From Candidatus Aquicultor secundus (GTDB lineage: Bacteria > Actinomycetota > Aquicultoria > Aquicultorales > Aquicultoraceae), in the NCBI GenBank assembly GCA_002783345.1, contig PFFU01000039.1, positions 1-24,000 of the forward strand: DNA of 24,000 bases, written 5' to 3'. This document shows positions 16,371 to 24,000 of the stretch, piece after piece. Below the pieces are notes generated by a model. It made no database searches. It was given only the letters and a program-made list of their open reading frames with translations, and was not told the DNA's origin. Within the stretch, counting starts at the first letter, position 1. Every line of letters begins with the position of its first letter. The translations under genes were made by a program, and so were the position numbers.

Positions 16371-17165
16371 ATGGACCACAATAAAGACCTGATTAATTCG
16401 TCAAATCGCGAGAATGGTTTGACCAACATAAATAGGGCGATATATAAGAAGCTCATAGAGTGCCAGGTTCCTCAAATGATAGCGGTAAAACCCGCCTATA
16501 ACCTGGCCCAAATGTATATGCAAGCGCTGGATTTTACCGCAAAGGCCAACGACCTCATCAAGGCGACGGAGACTACGGATATCGCAGGGAAAATACTTGA
16601 GATGCGCGAAGCGGTAAAGAGCCTCCGCCATTTCTCCGAGCAATTCGGGCGCAGCTACTATGTGCTCATGGACAAGGTGAGCGCGCTGACGGAAAACTGG
16701 CTCAGTGAAGAGACGGATCAGGATGCGGATATGGATGAGGTTGAAGAGGTGCTCGAGGGGCTTAAGACCAACGAACTCGGTGAAGGCTTAAAGGACGAGG
16801 TAAAGGCCCACTCCAGGCAACAGTATAGCGTTGTCGTAAAGAAGCTTATATCAAAAGGTTGCCCCGAGGACATGACGAATTACTTCGCCGAAAATCTGTT
16901 TGAGCTTAAAAGCGAGACCGACGGCCTCATTGCCCTGGTAGACCGCCTTGTTTCTTTGGATGACGATTTTGAAGACCTGATTCTAGATGTCGAGGAAGCG
17001 CTTATAGAGTTATCTATCCCCTGGGTAGGCTTCAGCCCGGGCGAGACTGCGCACGCATTGTGGCATATCGGCGACCACGACGAAGACAATTTCTTCTTCA
17101 TGGGGTTTTTAGGCTGGTCGCTCGCCATCCTTGAAAACCTCCAGGAAAATATCGAAAACTTATAG
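16371..17165 (+). CDS. hypothetical acidic protein (orphan)
   Basis: The ORF is open from 16365. ATG 16371 has the better spacing to GAAGGG (16359-16364). The protein is Asp/Glu-rich, predicted helical, with no recognisable motif. Confidence 0.55.
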   Translation: MDHNKDLINSSNRENGLTNINRAIYKKLIECQVPQMIAVKPAYNLAQMYMQALDFTAKANDLIKATETTDIAGKILEMREAVKSLRHFSEQFGRSYYVLMDKVSALTENWLSEETDQDADMDEVEEVLEGLKTNELGEGLKDEVKAHSRQQYSVVVKKLISKGCPEDMTNYFAENLFELKSETDGLIALVDRLVSLDDDFEDLILDVEEALIELSIPWVGFSPGETAHALWHIGDHDEDNFFFMGFLGWSLAILENLQENIENL

Positions 17166-17195
17166 AAAATTCTTCCCGGTTTGCCAGTCACCGTT

Positions 17196-18656
17196 TTAGC
17201 CTTGATCCGGCTTACCCGGCCCTGCAGGGCCACTTAGTGCGCCTTGTGTGACGGATACCGCACCACCGCGCACAAGAGAGGCGACGACGCCGATTCCTGC
17301 AATAACCGATCCGGAAACAAATGCGATATGAATCGCCGATGCCATGTGCGGATCGGCGGGTCCCGCCGGGGCGTACGTGCCGACAATCGCACCCGCCATA
17401 GCCACGCCCAGCACCATCCCGACACTTCGCATTGTTGCTTGCATACCTGCAGCGATACCCAGGCGATGCCGCGGGACCGCCCCCATAATTGCGCTCGAGT
17501 TAGGGGACTGGAACAGCCCGGCTCCGAATCCGAAGAGACCAAGAAAAAGTGCTACCGGCAGGATTCCGGTGCTGACCGATGTCCGTGATAACCCCAACAG
17601 TGCGAGCGCGTTGATCGTCAGGCCTAGCGAGGAAAGCATGCGCGACCCTATCTTGTCGGAGAGGGTCCCGGAAATCGGTGCGACAAGTCCGATAAAAAGC
17701 GGTATTACAGTCAATACCAAACCGGTTGTTTGGATAGATTCGCCGAAGACGTCGCGCAGATAGAAGGGCGTCAGGAATGTAGCAATAAAAAGGGATGCGT
17801 AGTTTATTAACGCGCTGATATTTGCGGTCGTAAAGAGTCGGATTCTAAAAAGCGATAAATCAAGCATCGGCTCCTCGACTTTGTTTTCAAAATAGAGGAA
17901 TGCGGCGGCGAATACGACGGCCGCAAGCAGCAGCCCGATGGTTGAAGACGACCGCCAACCCCACTTATCCCCCATACTTAGTGCGAGCAAGACAGAGAAG
18001 AGGGCCAAAAACGCCATTGTCGCGCCGGCGAAATCAAAACGTTTTACCGTTGGCAACTTGCTCTCTTTAAGGATAAAAGCCGCCATAATCGAGGCTATGA
18101 TGCCGATGGGGATATTAACGAAGAATATCCATCTCCACCCGAAATTGTGCACGATAAACCCGCCAAGCGTCGGGCCGACCGTTAATCCTATGGCAACCGA
18201 GATACTGATCAAACCGAGGGCCTTGCCGCGCTCGGTCGGAAACGCATCGGTTAATATTGCGGGGCTGCTGGAAAACATGCATGTCGCCCCAACAGCCTGC
18301 ACGACTCGAAAAAACACCAATTGCTGGACTGAGCCGGAAATACCGCATAAAGCAGAGGCGGCCGTGAAAGTAAGAAAACCTATAATATAAATCCGCTTAT
18401 GTCCCACCATATCGCCAAGGCGACCGGTGCTTAGCAGCAGGGACGATGTGGTGAGCAGGTAGGCCATAACAACCCATTCCACCGTCGTGATCCCAACGGA
18501 GAAGTACTTGGTCAATGACGGAATAGCGATATTGACGATGCTCGAATCAAGCGGCCCCATAAATGTTCCTACGAATACAGTTGCCAAGACATACCAGTGG
18601 TAATTGCTTTTTGTGGCTTTAACTGTGTCTTTTTCGATGACCTCTGGTACTTTCAA
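17196..18656 (-). CDS. MFS transporter, DHA2 (EmrB/QacA-like, 14-TMS) drug:H+ antiporter family
   Basis: 486-aa ORF with a TTG start after GAGGAGG. Motifs are LDSSIVNIAIPS, GRLGDMVGHKR and FRVVQAVGA, with about 14 hydrophobic segments. Confidence 0.9.
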   Translation of the reverse strand: MKVPEVIEKDTVKATKSNYHWYVLATVFVGTFMGPLDSSIVNIAIPSLTKYFSVGITTVEWVVMAYLLTTSSLLLSTGRLGDMVGHKRIYIIGFLTFTAASALCGISGSVQQLVFFRVVQAVGATCMFSSSPAILTDAFPTERGKALGLISISVAIGLTVGPTLGGFIVHNFGWRWIFFVNIPIGIIASIMAAFILKESKLPTVKRFDFAGATMAFLALFSVLLALSMGDKWGWRSSSTIGLLLAAVVFAAAFLYFENKVEEPMLDLSLFRIRLFTTANISALINYASLFIATFLTPFYLRDVFGESIQTTGLVLTVIPLFIGLVAPISGTLSDKIGSRMLSSLGLTINALALLGLSRTSVSTGILPVALFLGLFGFGAGLFQSPNSSAIMGAVPRHRLGIAAGMQATMRSVGMVLGVAMAGAIVGTYAPAGPADPHMASAIHIAFVSGSVIAGIGVVASLVRGGAVSVTQGALSGPAGPGKPDQG

Positions 18657-18780
18657 GCAAGCCTCCTCATCGGGTGCCCCCGATAATAGCTAAAAGATAT
18701 TACGCGTTCACATATTAATAGCACCTCCGCCTGTTTCCATCAAGATTGGATACTAACCATAATCGCTTGCAGGTTAGCGC

Positions 18781-19980
18781 TTAATCAGAATAAGCCTTAA
18801 AGCCGTTTTCGCGATGCTTGGCCGCAATTTCACCGGCAAGGCGGTCCAGCGCAGCAAACGTCTCCTGCGTTGGCGCCCCTTTAACGATAACGGGTTCGAT
18901 TACCTCTACTTTAAGATTAGTAAGAATACCGCTTACTTGCTCAACCACTTTTGTCCCCCAGCCGTACGAGCCTATAAGCGAGACAAATCTCAACTTTGGG
19001 CGAAGAGCATTGGCAAGATGCGCTGCGTAGAGCGCCAGGGGATGTGCTCCCATGAGCACGGTCGGCGCTCCGAGAACGATGGTGGCAGCGTCAACAAGCC
19101 CGATCCCGAGCTCCCCGAGATCCACCGACGTCAAATCAAACTGCTCAACAGTAACACCCTGGTCGATCAGCGCCCCAACCAGGCGATCGACCATCAGTTT
19201 CGTGCTCCCGTGCATGGTCACATAGGGAATAACGACAAGGTTCTTAGGCTCCGGGTCGGCCCAATCCCGATACGATTCGATGATCGTTCTCGGCTTGTTA
19301 TAGAGGGGCCCATGACTCGGGGCGACAATATCGATCTCAAGCCCGCTTATCTTATCCAGGTTGTTTTGTATTGCAGCCCTGAACGGCATCATGATCTCGC
19401 CGAAATACCGCTTTGCCGCTATATGTAGCGCCGCCTTGTCATCCACAAAAAGATCGCTTGAAGCTAGATGGGCGCCCAAGAAATCACAAGAGAACAGGAT
19501 GCGATCCTCCTTAAGGTACGTCACCATAGTCTCAGGCCAGTGCACCCATGGCGTATAGAGGAACTGCAAGCTTTTGCCGCCAAGCTCAAGCGTTGCGCCG
19601 TTTTCTACGGTGTGAAATCGCTCTTCCGGGATAGCGAGAAGGTCGATAAGCATGGGCTTGCATTTATTCGAGCAGACAAGCTGTGCCATAGGGAAGGCAT
19701 CAAGCACAACAGGTAAGCTTCCAGAGTGGTCCTGTTCGGCATGATTAGCGACGACATAATCAATGCTATCAACCCCCAATTCTTTCAGATTGCCCAGCAA
19801 TACATGTGTCATTGTCGGATCAACCGTTTCTATCAGCATCGTTTTCTCGCCGCCCTTAACCAGGTATGAGTTATATGTCGTTCCTTCGGGCAGGGGAATC
19901 AGCGCATCAAACAGGCGCCTATCCCAATCAATCGCACCAACTGCATAAACATCCGTTTTGATCTTCCTAACGCTCATCAT
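18781..19980 (-). CDS. flavodiiron protein (FprA-type A-flavoprotein; O2/NO reductase)
   Basis: 399-aa ORF. The N-terminal metallo-beta-lactamase-like domain has the di-iron ligand motif NHAEQDHSG. A C-terminal flavodoxin-like domain follows (VVIPYVTMHGSTK). Confidence 0.9.
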   Translation of the reverse strand: MMSVRKIKTDVYAVGAIDWDRRLFDALIPLPEGTTYNSYLVKGGEKTMLIETVDPTMTHVLLGNLKELGVDSIDYVVANHAEQDHSGSLPVVLDAFPMAQLVCSNKCKPMLIDLLAIPEERFHTVENGATLELGGKSLQFLYTPWVHWPETMVTYLKEDRILFSCDFLGAHLASSDLFVDDKAALHIAAKRYFGEIMMPFRAAIQNNLDKISGLEIDIVAPSHGPLYNKPRTIIESYRDWADPEPKNLVVIPYVTMHGSTKLMVDRLVGALIDQGVTVEQFDLTSVDLGELGIGLVDAATIVLGAPTVLMGAHPLALYAAHLANALRPKLRFVSLIGSYGWGTKVVEQVSGILTNLKVEVIEPVIVKGAPTQETFAALDRLAGEIAAKHRENGFKAYSD

Positions 19981-20238
19981 TACATCTCCAACCTTTAAAA
20001 TAGTTATTTACCGCCATATATCTACTCTCCTGTCTCGTTTATTTTTCCCAAAGCGAAGACTCCCGTAACCTAAATATTATAGCGCCTTGCCTACTAACGC
20101 TCATTATACAATTTACCTGCAAAGCATTAAATCAACAAAACGTCGCCAATTGGATGAATTTTCTATAGAATATATAGTAAGATGTCGGAGTAGATAATGA
20201 AGTGAGGTAAGGCCGACTTTTGGCTTCAAGGTGAATAT

Positions 20239-21576
20239 ATGAAACGAGATAGATTTATTGGCATCTTGGTACTGGCTGCACTTTTGATCCTCATAGTCCC
20301 AACAACCGCATATGCGAACAGCGCATATCTAGGTTCCTCGGGAGTCCCAATAAAACCCCAGGACAGCTCAGACATAGAGCTTGAAAAACAAGTAATGCAG
20401 ATATGGCTCAGAAATGGCTTTGCTGAAGTAGAGAACGTCTATCAATTTCACAACGCCGGCCAGGAACAAGAATTCGTAATGGGAGTGCCGGAGGATATCA
20501 ACTCCAAAAGCGCTCTGAAATACGGGATTTTTAATTTCAAGGCCTACGTGGATGGCAACGAAGTCGACACACGCAACGTAAAAACGACCGATCAGAAAAT
20601 CGGCAACATGTACGGCAACATTAACTGGTATGTACATAACGTACTGCTGATAAAGGACCAGAGAAGGGTTGTTGTGCATAGGTACTGGATACGAATGATG
20701 CCGTGGAGTAACAAAATCGTTATCCCGCTCGATCCCGGATCGACGTGGAAAGGCTCAATCGGTGAGGCCACGTATGTCGTCCGCTTGATGGGCGATCTCA
20801 ACGAAAGAGCCCTTGTTTACCCGCAGGGGTTCGGTGAGTTTACCGGAAAATTCGCGGTTCTACCCATCGGATTCACGTCCGGCAAAGATCAACTGACCTG
20901 GGGCTTCACCAATTATGTTCCGCACGGGAACATGGAAATAGGGATTTTCCCAGATAAAGATTATCACTTTATACAGAGTATCAGAGTATCGGGCATCCAT
21001 GAGGATAACGGAAACCAGTGGGGCCCTAAGAACTTGGTTGACGGGGATCCCACAACCGCATGGGGCGTCGGTGGGCCAGGGAAAGACTCGTGGGCGATAT
21101 TCTTCTTCGAAAAAAAGAAATGGGTTCGGGAATTCAGGATAATACCCGGCTACGGTACCCTTGGAAGCATGTATAAGACGTATAATCGCCCGCGCAAGAT
21201 AACGCTGCGGTTTTCCGATGGCACAAGCCAGCGCTTCGAGCTTAAAGACGAACTTCAAATGCAATACCTGCCGCTAAAACCGGTGGAGACAAAGTATATT
21301 AAGCTCGATATAGATAGCGTATACAAAGGCATCTATCCTGATGTGAATTACATCAGCGAAGTGGAAATCGGGGAGCTAAGCTCGAACTCGAAATTCGACC
21401 CATCGAACTGGAAAATCGGCCTAAACCAGGTTGATGTTATGAACCTCAGATCCAGATACTCAACTACAGACCTCATAACCATAGCCGCAACCGCTACCGT
21501 ATTCCTCTTTATTGGCTGGCAGGTGGTTGTAGGAATAAGGATGCGCGTGAAGAAAAACAAGCAATCCCCGATATAA
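20239..21576 (+). CDS. exported, C-terminally anchored protein with discoidin (F5/8 type C)-like domain
   Basis: 445-aa ORF with AAGGTGA upstream. It has a signal peptide (ILIVPTTAYA). NLVDGDPTTAW ... YISEVEI is characteristic of discoidin/NedA-like carbohydrate-binding domains. A C-terminal TM helix is present. Confidence 0.7.
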   Translation: MKRDRFIGILVLAALLILIVPTTAYANSAYLGSSGVPIKPQDSSDIELEKQVMQIWLRNGFAEVENVYQFHNAGQEQEFVMGVPEDINSKSALKYGIFNFKAYVDGNEVDTRNVKTTDQKIGNMYGNINWYVHNVLLIKDQRRVVVHRYWIRMMPWSNKIVIPLDPGSTWKGSIGEATYVVRLMGDLNERALVYPQGFGEFTGKFAVLPIGFTSGKDQLTWGFTNYVPHGNMEIGIFPDKDYHFIQSIRVSGIHEDNGNQWGPKNLVDGDPTTAWGVGGPGKDSWAIFFFEKKKWVREFRIIPGYGTLGSMYKTYNRPRKITLRFSDGTSQRFELKDELQMQYLPLKPVETKYIKLDIDSVYKGIYPDVNYISEVEIGELSSNSKFDPSNWKIGLNQVDVMNLRSRYSTTDLITIAATATVFLFIGWQVVVGIRMRVKKNKQSPI

Positions 21577-21594
21577 TAGCAGGCAGGCGACGTA

Positions 21595-21622
21595 AAAATA
21601 CACTACAAAATATACACTACAA
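21595..21622. repeat. tandem 2 x 14-nt direct repeat at the -35 position of the GGDEF gene promoter
   Basis: AAAATACACTACAA (21595-21608) is followed by AATATACACTACAA (21609-21622), 13/14 identical. A TATAAT lies at 21630-21635. Confidence 0.6.
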
Positions 21623-21706
21623 TTCTAGTTATAATTGTTAAAGACATGTAACAAAACAGCCGATAATAACTCCTACACGCATCATTATTTTTTGAGGGGT
21701 ATTTAA

Positions 21707-23221
21707 GTGCGTTCCACTACATCCGACGATTATAAACAACGTTCGTCTTTAAAGGGAAGATTGTATATTCTTCTGGCGGTCATGTTGCTGCCGTTTATCG
21801 CTTTTTCAATTTATAAGGCAATTGATATTAACAACCGCCTTGAAGCGGAAATACAGGCAAAAAACCTGAGCCTTGTAAAAAGCGTGGCGCATGACATCGA
21901 TGAGTACATCAACTCTACCGGTGAAGTTCTTATTCCTATCGCGAACTTAAAAGATGTGCGCACCCAAAACTGGCCGGCGGTTAAAATCTACCTGGATCAG
22001 ATTGTTCCGAAATACCCGTTTTATCATCTCATCGCTTTTGTCGACGTTAAAGGCAACCTCAAGGTCGCTGCAATGTCCGAGAAGATGGCAAAAAGCGAGG
22101 ACGCTAAAAAAGTAAACGTAAGCGATACCGGATGCTATCGCCGGGGCATAGTCGCGAACGGCATAGCGGTTGGCGATTTCATGTATAGCAAACTCACGGG
22201 AATGCCGGTGACGCACGTGACATATCCGGTTTTTGATATGTCGGGCAAAAGAATCGGCCTTGTGGCGGCGGCCTTTGATCTAACGAAGATCCAGAATAAA
22301 CTCATGAAGACTAATATCACCCAACACACGGTGATCAGTGTCGTCGATAACATGGGCACGTATATCGCCAGGAACAAAGACCCAAAGAAATGGGTAGGCA
22401 AGAATATCGCCGATGCCGATCGCTATAAGCTCATGCTGGGTAAGACCGAGGGAACATATAAAGCGATGTCTGCAGACGGAACGAATAGGGTGTATGCGTT
22501 CACCACGGCATCAAAGGTTCCATGGATAGTTAGAGCGGGTATTGATGAAAAGTATATCCTCGATCAGGTTCGAGCAGAGTTAATCAACCATTTTGCCGTC
22601 TTCATACCGCTCTTGCTAATAGCCATAATCGGTTGGGTGTGGACGGAACGAGATGTTAACAAGCTGCACCAAAAAACCGAGTACTTAAGTATTATAGATC
22701 CGCTAACAAGGCTCTATAATTGCAGGAAGCTTAATAACGACTTAAGCCTCGAACTCAGTCGAGCAAAGCGCTGTAAGAGACAGCTATCATTTGCAATGAT
22801 CGATATAGACCATTTTAAGCAATACAACGATAATAACGGCCATCAGCTGGGTGACGAGGCCCTTGCATCGGTTGCCGAAATTATTCGAAATGCGGTGCGA
22901 GATATCGATTCCGTGTACCGTTATGGCGGCGAAGAGATGTGCGTTGTTCTCCCAGAGACGGATAAAGTGGGCGCGGCGGCCGTTGCCGAGCGTATTAGAG
23001 CCGATGTCGAGCAAGCGCGGTTTATAGGAGAGGAAAACCAGCCACTCGGTAAGCTAACCATATCTATCGGCGTAGCCACATATCCAAACGATTCTATCTC
23101 TAAAGAAGGCATTATTAAAAGTGCGGACATCGCTCTTTATAAAGCAAAAGACAAAGGCAGAAATAAAGTCGAGATGTACCGCGACCATGCATGCAGCTGC
23201 TCCCACGCGGCGAACATGTAG
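21707..23221 (+). CDS. sensor diguanylate cyclase (periplasmic Cache-like domain + GGDEF)
   Basis: 504-aa ORF with a GTG start 8 nt after GAGGGG. Two TM helices flank a roughly 250-aa extracytoplasmic domain. The GGDEF domain has a GGEEM active-site variant and an RDID (RxxD) I-site 5 residues upstream. Confidence 0.9.
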   Translation: MRSTTSDDYKQRSSLKGRLYILLAVMLLPFIAFSIYKAIDINNRLEAEIQAKNLSLVKSVAHDIDEYINSTGEVLIPIANLKDVRTQNWPAVKIYLDQIVPKYPFYHLIAFVDVKGNLKVAAMSEKMAKSEDAKKVNVSDTGCYRRGIVANGIAVGDFMYSKLTGMPVTHVTYPVFDMSGKRIGLVAAAFDLTKIQNKLMKTNITQHTVISVVDNMGTYIARNKDPKKWVGKNIADADRYKLMLGKTEGTYKAMSADGTNRVYAFTTASKVPWIVRAGIDEKYILDQVRAELINHFAVFIPLLLIAIIGWVWTERDVNKLHQKTEYLSIIDPLTRLYNCRKLNNDLSLELSRAKRCKRQLSFAMIDIDHFKQYNDNNGHQLGDEALASVAEIIRNAVRDIDSVYRYGGEEMCVVLPETDKVGAAAVAERIRADVEQARFIGEENQPLGKLTISIGVATYPNDSISKEGIIKSADIALYKAKDKGRNKVEMYRDHACSCSHAANM

Positions 23222-23251
23222 CTCACTTGGACAAAGAAGCCCCATAAGCAA

Positions 23252-23276
23252 ACAGCACTCAGGTGCTGTTTTTTTA
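23252..23276 (+). terminator. intrinsic terminator of the GGDEF gene
   Basis: ACAGCAC (23252-23258), loop TCAG, GTGCTGT (23263-23269), followed by a T-run to 23276. Confidence 0.8.
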
Positions 23277-23445
23277 TGCATTAATACTCAGCTCCGCCCG
23301 CAAGCTGTTTAGCAACAGCTCCTCCTGCGGCGGTGGCGATCGGTGTTTTTTGACCGGGGCAGGTGGGGCTGTTAGACTATAAATGCAGGGGTCACAGTGT
23401 GAACTCCGCAAAAAAACTATGTAATTATATAAGAGTGAGTGTATA

Positions 23446-23889
23446 TTGAACTGCAAGAATCATCCAAATCGAGAAACAAACGTTTCCTGTAGCAACTGCG
23501 GCGAAGGCCTCTGCCCGGAGTGTATGGTGTATACTCCGGTTGGCATTAAGTGCCGCGAATGCGCCGCGCCGAACAGGGGAATGTTGCGGCAGGGGAAACC
23601 ATCCCAGTATATCGGAGCGGCGTTGGCCGGGTTGGCTGCCTCAGTTATTGGTGGCTTCGTCTTAAGCATGGGGTTTCGCGGCTCCCTTTTCGTTAGTCTT
23701 ATCTTCGGCCTGCTGGTTGGTGAGGCTGTCCGCAGGGGTGCGAGGGGAAATCGCGGCCCCGCCTTCATGGCGATCGCTGCAGTGACAACATTGATCGGGC
23801 TTCTGGCCGCCGGATACGGGTTTAATCCCATGGGTTTTGTATTCGCCCTTATCATAGCGGGTATTGCTGCTTATCGCTTAAGCGAATAA
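23446..23889 (+). CDS. zinc-ribbon (B-box-like) membrane protein
   Basis: 147-aa ORF with a TTG start. The N-terminal CKNH..CSNCG..CPEC..CREC pattern forms 2 x CxxC pairs, followed by three or four hydrophobic helices. A candidate promoter is TTGACC (23350-23355), 17-nt spacer, TAGACT (23373-23378). Confidence 0.6.
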   Translation: MNCKNHPNRETNVSCSNCGEGLCPECMVYTPVGIKCRECAAPNRGMLRQGKPSQYIGAALAGLAASVIGGFVLSMGFRGSLFVSLIFGLLVGEAVRRGARGNRGPAFMAIAAVTTLIGLLAAGYGFNPMGFVFALIIAGIAAYRLSE

Positions 23890-23982
23890 TCTAGCCGCTA
23901 CGTACTCCGTATTAAATTTCAACCTTCATGGGAATAGTTCAATTAGTTTAATTAAAACGAAAAACTATGGGGGGTGGACGAT

Positions 23983-24000
23983 GTGAGCGATTTTAACAAT
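23983..24000 (+). CDS. possible 5' end of a CDS running off the window
   Basis: GTG at 23983 follows GGGGGGTGGA. Only 6 codons are visible, so this is not interpretable. Confidence 0.25.

Noticed and set aside
18657-18780. The hairpins ATCGGG-TGCC-CCCGAT (+ strand reading) and CTAACC..GGTTAG (minus-strand reading) between fprA and the DHA2 transporter gene as terminators.
   Set aside because: Neither is followed by a U-tract in the minus-strand orientation. The two genes may be co-transcribed, and there is not enough evidence to call a feature.

Overview
This is a 24-kb chromosomal segment that looks like it comes from a strictly anaerobic bacterium. The evidence is a flavodiiron protein, the sulfide-dependent COG1900/NIL-ferredoxin homocysteine route and a single-domain MetE-like enzyme. 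A Chloroflexota/Dehalococcoidia-like origin is only a guess. There are about 23 genes, mostly on the + strand: guaB3-like and guaA, chorismate mutase and DAHP synthase, PcrA helicase, OsmC, a homocysteine/methionine operon, two MFS transporters, a flavodiiron protein, a GGDEF cyclase and several orphans. The main result is three cis-regulatory RNAs that the ORF track cannot show. Two are copies of a fluoride riboswitch (crcB motif). Each has its own sigma70-type promoter and an intrinsic terminator that shares nucleotides with the aptamer pseudoknot, which is an ON-switch design. The third is a T-box leader with an AUG (Met) specifier. Fluoride riboswitch 1 controls a cation/H+ antiporter plus a universal stress protein, a gene class already linked to this riboswitch. 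Fluoride riboswitch 2 controls a dynamin-family GTPase translationally coupled to an MFS transporter. That pair is not a recognised fluoride-resistance module and is the best candidate here for an undescribed system. Both fluoride operons sit in a visibly AT-richer block between aroF and pcrA, and no crcB/Fluc or CLC-F gene is in the window. I saw no rRNA, tRNA, CRISPR array, transposase or integrase. All RNA calls come from reading the sequence and from remembered consensus features; no covariance-model search was run.
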